A stretch of DNA of 64,000 bases from contig JBDOIF010000020.1 in assembly GCA_041082215.1 (NCBI GenBank), forward strand, positions 1-64,000, written 5' to 3'. This document shows, one piece after another, positions 58,743-64,000 of this stretch (positions are counted from its first letter, which is position 1; every line of letters begins with the position of its first letter). Below the pieces are notes generated by a model. It searched no databases, was not told where the DNA came from, and worked only from the letters and a program-made list of their open reading frames with translations. Origin of the DNA: Anaerolineae bacterium (GTDB lineage: Bacteria; Chloroflexota; Anaerolineae; B4-G1; DUEL01). The translations under genes and the position numbers were made by a program.

Positions 58743-58770
58743 GGCGAGTTTAAGCTTGCCCTCCAATATC

Positions 58771-59151
58771 CTACTCTACATAAACTTCCACTCGCTCGTT
58801 GTCCTCGGCGTCCACCACTTCCACGATCTTCCCCATCGCCCCCTCGGTGATCAGCTCCACGATCTCCTGCAGGTCCAGGCCCTCCATATCAGGGGCGAAC
58901 CGTTCGGCGATGCGCAGCCCGGCGCGCACCAGGCCGATGGGGACGGTCACATTGACCTTGCCGGCCCCAGAGGCCATATCTGTCACCTGGACACGGAGGT
59001 AGCGGTTCTCACCGCCCCCGCTGGGGACACCAGCGCCAGTGCGTCGCCTCCCTTCCAGCGCCCGCAACAGGGTCGCTGCCTCTTCCGCGGTGATCTTCCC
59101 ATCCTCCAGCATCTGCAAAATCTTCAGCCTTTCCTCGCTCGTCCCAGGCAT
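58771..59151 (-). CDS. SHOCT-like domain protein (YvlB-like)
   Basis: EERLKILQMLEDGKITAEEA. Confidence 0.85.
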   Translation of the reverse strand: MPGTSEERLKILQMLEDGKITAEEAATLLRALEGRRRTGAGVPSGGGENRYLRVQVTDMASGAGKVNVTVPIGLVRAGLRIAERFAPDMEGLDLQEIVELITEGAMGKIVEVVDAEDNERVEVYVE

Positions 59152-59161
59152 TGAAAACCTC

Positions 59162-59713
59162 CTATCCAAGGAACACTTCCACCTGTTCGCCTTTCTCCCC
59201 CTCATCCACTTCCACGATCACGGGGCGGCCCTGTCGGAGTTCTTCCCCCAGGGCCAGGAGCACCTCATCCACCCCCGTATCGCGCAGTTGGGGGACGAAA
59301 GGGCTGATGATGCGCAACAGCCACGCGAGAGGAGCCAGCGGGAGCGGCAGGGCGAGGGCGATCCGCTGACCGGACCGTTCCCGCACCCGCAGGGAGAGCC
59401 AGCGGGCCCCCCGTAGCCACCATCCCAGGGCCACGCCCAGCACGCCCAGGGCCACCAGCGGCCAGCCACAGACCAGCCAGCCGGTGGCCAATCCCCAGGT
59501 GTAGACCGCTGCCACCAGCATCGCGCCTCCTGCCAGGACCACCGCTCCCAGCCAGAAGGTGGCCTGCCAGATCAGGCGGACCAGCGCGGGGGAAGGGGCA
59601 GGGGTTGTGGGCCGTCGTTCTTCCTCTGCCAGCGCCTCCAATCGCCGCACCCCCTCGTCCACACTGATCTGGCCCGCCTCGATCTGCTCCAGAATCCGCC
59701 GCCTTTCCTCCAT
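59162..59713 (-). CDS. SHOCT-like domain membrane protein
   Basis: ERRRILEQIEAGQISVDEG plus two TMs. Confidence 0.8.
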   Translation of the reverse strand: MEERRRILEQIEAGQISVDEGVRRLEALAEEERRPTTPAPSPALVRLIWQATFWLGAVVLAGGAMLVAAVYTWGLATGWLVCGWPLVALGVLGVALGWWLRGARWLSLRVRERSGQRIALALPLPLAPLAWLLRIISPFVPQLRDTGVDEVLLALGEELRQGRPVIVEVDEGEKGEQVEVFLG

Positions 59714-59753
59714 CCCTACCTCCTGTCGCTCTTCCTGCTTCTTACTGCCCCCC

Positions 59754-61070
59754 TCATCCCTTCTCCCCCTGTGCCGGCGGATCCGGGGCAACGGGCACGG
59801 GAACAGGCGTGGGCGGAGCAGCCCCGGTTGTCCGCCTGTGGTTATCCTCTATGTGTACGATGGCCGGCACGAAGAAGGCGCCGGCCCCCATGAGTATGCA
59901 GGCCGTTCCTCCCACGAGATACCAGGCCCGCACCCCCACCCAATCCGCCACCGGCCCGGCGACCGCCATGCCCAGGGGGGAGAAGGCTGCGGCCATGCTC
60001 TGGATCACCGTGAAGACCCGCCCCTGCATCTCGGGAGCGACGCGGGCCTGGACGATGGCCAGGAACGGCCCGTTGGCGATGGGGTTCATCAGGCCTGCAA
60101 AGAGGACGGCTCCCACCGCCATCCAGAAGCAGGTGGCCGGGGCCAGGCCGATCAGCAAGGTGCCCAGGCCAATGCCGACGATCCCCATCAGCGAGGTCAG
60201 GACGCGACGCCGGAAGCCGCCCCAGGCGCTCAGGATCAACCCTCCCGCCACCACCCCCACCCCCCAGGCCGAATCCATCCAGCCCAGGTGGATCGCATCC
60301 CCGCCGAAGTGCCCGGTCACCAGGATCGGCAGCAGGGAGAAGGCCGGGTTGAGCAGGAAGTTGATCACCGTCGCCATGATGAGCACGCCGAACAGCCCTG
60401 GCCAGTCCCAGACATACCGCAGCCCCTCCCGCACATCCTGCCACAACGGCCGTCGTCGGACCCCCTCTGGACGGGCCGGGGGTTGGGGAATCTGAATGAA
60501 GAAGAGGGGGCCGATGGCCAGCGCCGCTGTCCCTACATCTATGGCGAGGATCCCCTGGATCGGCAGGAGGGAAAGGAGCAATGCCCCCAGGGGCGGGGCC
60601 ACGATGTTCAGCAAGCCGTTCAGCGTCTGGTTCATGCCGGCCACGCGGGAAAGGTGTTTCTCCGGGACCATCAGCGAGGTGGAGGCCTGCATTGCCGGCC
60701 AGTGGAACCCGCCCGCCGTGGAACGGATGAACATAATGGCGTAAATATGCCACACCCGTACTGCGCCGACGGCGAAGAGGTAGGCCAGCCCCAGCGTCGC
60801 CAGGGCGATGGTCCCGTCGGCCGCCATCATCGTCCGCCGCCGGTCCCACCGATCCACCAGCGCCCCGGCGAACGGCCCGATGACCACCATAGGGACCATC
60901 GCCGCCAGCGTCGCTGTCGCCAGAGCCGTGGCCGAGCCAGTGGTCCGGGTGATCCACCACACCAGGGCGAACTGGACCAGAGCGCTGCCCAGCAGCGAGA
61001 TCGCCTGCCCGCCCCAGATGGTGAAGAAGGGCGGGGCCCACTGCGCAGTCCCTTGTTTCGCCTTCCCCAT
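59754..61070 (-). CDS. MFS transporter (MefA/DHA3-like)
   Basis: GQAISLLGS, GALVDRWDRR, QGRVF. Confidence 0.9.
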   Translation of the reverse strand: MGKAKQGTAQWAPPFFTIWGGQAISLLGSALVQFALVWWITRTTGSATALATATLAAMVPMVVIGPFAGALVDRWDRRRTMMAADGTIALATLGLAYLFAVGAVRVWHIYAIMFIRSTAGGFHWPAMQASTSLMVPEKHLSRVAGMNQTLNGLLNIVAPPLGALLLSLLPIQGILAIDVGTAALAIGPLFFIQIPQPPARPEGVRRRPLWQDVREGLRYVWDWPGLFGVLIMATVINFLLNPAFSLLPILVTGHFGGDAIHLGWMDSAWGVGVVAGGLILSAWGGFRRRVLTSLMGIVGIGLGTLLIGLAPATCFWMAVGAVLFAGLMNPIANGPFLAIVQARVAPEMQGRVFTVIQSMAAAFSPLGMAVAGPVADWVGVRAWYLVGGTACILMGAGAFFVPAIVHIEDNHRRTTGAAPPTPVPVPVAPDPPAQGEKG

Positions 61071-62335
61071 CAACAACCTCCTGCCGGAAGTGTGCCCGGC
61101 TCGGCCACCGGCCTCTCCACCCGCCCGAAGAAGGCCTGCAGGAGCAGCGCCGCCGTCAGGTAGGTCGTCCCCGTCGCCAGGAAGAGGGGGGAGAAGCCGA
61201 CGCTCCGCTGGACCAGCCCGCTGATCCCCGGGCCGATCCCCTGCCCGATGGACCAGGCCAGCCCCAGCAGCGCCCCTCCCTTCCCCCGTTCCTCCTCCGG
61301 GATCTGCTCCATCGCGAAAGCAGTGTAGAGCGGCCCGGCCATATTCATCAACGTCCCCCGCAGCCAGAAGGCAGCGATCGCCACTGGCAGCACCGGCACG
61401 AAGCCCAGGACCAGCAGGAAAGGCAGGGAGGCCAGCTCGGTGACGACAACGGTCCGTACCTTCCCCCACCGCTCCGCCAGCATCGGCGCTGCCAGCGTCG
61501 CCAGCCCCATCAGGAGCTGGGAGACGGCGAAGGTCAGCCCCAGGAGGCTATCCGGGATGGCGAAGCGTCGTTTGAAGAAGACGTTGAGGTAGGGGATCAG
61601 AAGCCCCGCACCCAGGCCGATGACCAGCTCAGGCAGCAGGAGCTGGAACATCTTCCTCCGCATTGGGAGCGCGCGAAGTGAGGGGGCCCGTTGCCCCTCC
61701 TGCTTCGACAGGCGGGGACGCTGCCCTCGCACCATCAGCAGGGGAATAAATGAGAACGCCATCATCCCCTCAGCGGCCAGCAGCGTGACCCGGTAGGCGG
61801 CGGCGCTCTCCGGCGGCACCCGCAGCAGGCTGGCGAAGGCGGCCGGCAGCGGCCCGCCGATGGCGCTTCCGGCGAAGGCCACCAGCATAGAGAGGCCAGA
61901 CTGAAGGCTGAAAAGGGTGGGCCGCTCCTCCTCCGTGGCGTTCTCCGCCATAAAGGCCGGTCCGGTGGCCATATAGAGCGCATTCCCCGCCCCCAGCGCC
62001 ACCATCGCCACCACCAGCGGCCAGTCGGCCGGGGAGAGGATCGCCACCAGGCTGGCCACGGTGGAGATCAGGCCTCCCAGGAGAAGCGCCTGTTTGCGGC
62101 CCAGCCGGTCGGCCAGAATCCCCATCGGAAGGCCCAGCACGAGGACGGAGAGGCTCATCAGGGACATCAGAAGGCCCAGGAAGGCCTCGTCGTTCCCGCG
62201 GGCCAGGACGAAGAGGTTCAGGAAGAGCATGAAGATGCCGTTTCCTAACCCGCTGATGGCGGTCATCACCAGGAACAATTTGGCGTTGCGGCTCAGGCCC
62301 GCCATCCGTCGCACCTGTCGTGCCAGTGCGCTCAT
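61070..62335 (-). CDS. MFS transporter
   Basis: GILADRLGRK motif A; 12 TM. Confidence 0.9.
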   Translation of the reverse strand: MSALARQVRRMAGLSRNAKLFLVMTAISGLGNGIFMLFLNLFVLARGNDEAFLGLLMSLMSLSVLVLGLPMGILADRLGRKQALLLGGLISTVASLVAILSPADWPLVVAMVALGAGNALYMATGPAFMAENATEEERPTLFSLQSGLSMLVAFAGSAIGGPLPAAFASLLRVPPESAAAYRVTLLAAEGMMAFSFIPLLMVRGQRPRLSKQEGQRAPSLRALPMRRKMFQLLLPELVIGLGAGLLIPYLNVFFKRRFAIPDSLLGLTFAVSQLLMGLATLAAPMLAERWGKVRTVVVTELASLPFLLVLGFVPVLPVAIAAFWLRGTLMNMAGPLYTAFAMEQIPEEERGKGGALLGLAWSIGQGIGPGISGLVQRSVGFSPLFLATGTTYLTAALLLQAFFGRVERPVAEPGTLPAGGC

Positions 62336-63333
62336 CGAATCACCACCCTTTGTCCCAGGATCAGCCGCATCTGGACCAGACGGCGCAGCCTCTGGAATCC
62401 AGCGGCGGCGAAAGCTGGCTCCAGTGCTTCCATTGGGCCTGGCAGCATGGTCACTATCTCCCACAGACGATGATGGGAGAGGCGGGCCAGGCCGAACGCC
62501 GCGAGGCGGGGTCCCAGACCAGTTAACCGGTCAGTTCGGGCGAGCACCTCGATCCGGTGGTAGCGGGGGGACCAGTAACTGTACAGGCCCACTGCCCCCA
62601 TAACCCGTCCCTCCTCTATGGCCACCCACCAGTCCTCTCGTCCTCCTTCCAGCCAGGCAGACAGCTTCGCCTCCCACCCGGCCCGGTAGAGGGAGGGGCG
62701 GATCTCCAGCACCTCTCGATGGGGGCGGCTGAGCCCCTCCTGGGCCAGCTGGTACAGGAGGGTGCTCTCCGCCGCCCGGGCCCGCCGGATCGGCGGGGTG
62801 TGGGGGGGGCGAGGCTTCACCGACCAGGGAAGCCCTGCCGGGCGGGTCAGTTCCAGCAGTGTGCCCACCGACTCAAAGCCCATGCTCTCGTAGAGGCTCC
62901 GGGCGACGGGGTTATCCTCCCGCACCTCCAGCCCCACCCAGGAGCCACCCCGCCCGGCGGCCGTCTCCACCGCGGCCTCTATCAGCGCCCGGCCGATACC
63001 CCGTCCCCGCCACTCGGGGTGGACGGCGACGTTGCCGATCATCCACCCTCCAGGGGAGGCGGTCCGCCGCAGGGAGACGTTGCCCACAACCCGTCCCCCC
63101 TCCAGCCAGACAAAGCCAGGGGCGACCGACGTCCCGGTCTCCACCCCCCAGAGGAGGAAGCCCAGGCTCCCCCAGCGGGCCATCCGTCGCATCTGGCGCA
63201 GGGTATGGCGGGCTGCTGGCCCCAGCTCCCCGGCGAAGGAGAGGGCTATCAGCTCGGCCACAGGCCCCAGATGGCGGAGGGGGTCGAAAGGGACCAGTCC
63301 TTCGGACCGACGACGGGCGGCGGCAGCGACCAT
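62332..63333 (-). CDS. GNAT acetyltransferase
   Basis: VAVHPEWRGRGIG, NPVARSLYESMGF. Confidence 0.88.
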   Translation of the reverse strand: MVAAAARRRSEGLVPFDPLRHLGPVAELIALSFAGELGPAARHTLRQMRRMARWGSLGFLLWGVETGTSVAPGFVWLEGGRVVGNVSLRRTASPGGWMIGNVAVHPEWRGRGIGRALIEAAVETAAGRGGSWVGLEVREDNPVARSLYESMGFESVGTLLELTRPAGLPWSVKPRPPHTPPIRRARAAESTLLYQLAQEGLSRPHREVLEIRPSLYRAGWEAKLSAWLEGGREDWWVAIEEGRVMGAVGLYSYWSPRYHRIEVLARTDRLTGLGPRLAAFGLARLSHHRLWEIVTMLPGPMEALEPAFAAAGFQRLRRLVQMRLILGQRVVIR

Positions 63334-64000
63334 CAGGATCGGCCCTCCAGCGCCGCCAGCAGGTCGGCTGCCTGCTCGGGGGTGATCCTCCCCGCCTCGA
63401 CCAGGCGCAGTACCCGCATGCGCTCTTCATCGGAGACCGTCCCTCCGGTGGGGGCAGCCCGATAGCCGCTGGCGCGGCGCCAGCGCCGCTCCGCCCGCTC
63501 CGCCCGTATTCGGGCCTGCTCGGCCTCCCGTTCCGCTGCACGGCGGGCCTGCTCGGCCGCCCGCTCCGCCGCCCGGCGGGCCTGCTCCGTGGCCCTTTCC
63601 ACCCGCCGCCGGATCGCTTCGCTGTCCAGACGGCCCAGGCTCTCCTCCAGCCGGGCCTCCAGCTCCGCCATCGCCTCGGCGATCCGGGCTTCGATCTCCA
63701 CCCCCAGCCCTTCCAGCCCGGGCGCGAAGCTGAAGGTCACCTCTGGCTCCTCCTCCGGTTCCAGAGGCCGCAGGTAGACGTCCCCGCCGACCCGGGCCTC
63801 AAGGCTGGCCTCCCCCTCCCCTGCGATCCCCTGCACTTCTCCCTCCGCGCCTTCCTCCAGGACCAGTCCGGGGAGGGAGGAGCGGACCCGACCGCCGGAC
63901 TGCAGGGAGAGACGAAGGCTAACATCGGCGGGGAGATAGAGGAACAGGTCACTGCCAACCGTCAGCCGGTATGCTTTACCGGGAGGGAAGGGAGGCCCCA
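63333..64000 (-). CDS. 3' part of DUF4097-like/coiled-coil/SHOCT protein (start outside window)
   Basis: VGGD-type beta repeats, coiled coil, EERMRVLRLVEAGRITPEQA. Confidence 0.75.
   Translation of the reverse strand, partial: GPPFPPGKAYRLTVGSDLFLYLPADVSLRLSLQSGGRVRSSLPGLVLEEGAEGEVQGIAGEGEASLEARVGGDVYLRPLEPEEEPEVTFSFAPGLEGLGVEIEARIAEAMAELEARLEESLGRLDSEAIRRRVERATEQARRAAERAAEQARRAAEREAEQARIRAERAERRWRRASGYRAAPTGGTVSDEERMRVLRLVEAGRITPEQAADLLAALEGRS

Overview
GC-rich bacterial chromosomal window of mostly housekeeping, envelope and signalling genes. Gene content (SHOCT/DUF4097 operon, NBR1-Ig lipoprotein, Pro/Thr-linker membrane proteins, REC-roadblock protein) suggests Chloroflexota/Anaerolineae; this is inference. 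About 62 CDS were called, including rpsO-pnp-lepB, sppA, lgt, tkt, fdhD, aspS-glnA, rsmI, rplS and queG, a two-component/cyclase cluster, a NACHT-HEAT protein and several domain fusions. I saw no rRNA, tRNA, CRISPR array, transposase or prophage. The most interesting signals are non-coding: (1) a leader-peptide attenuator with D-Q-Q-N-N codons, antiterminator and terminator ahead of a non-discriminating aspS followed by glnA; (2) a promoter- and terminator-bounded ~100-nt sRNA with C-rich/anti-SD loops; (3) an 11-bp-period CGTAAC triple box at three signalling promoters; (4) a TetR operator repeated at the bactofilin promoter; (5) many non-autonomous repeats, including MITEs carrying REP-like cargo, GTAG-REPs overlapping stop codons and 7-9-nt-period palindromes. 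Product calls come from motif recognition only; no database searches were run.
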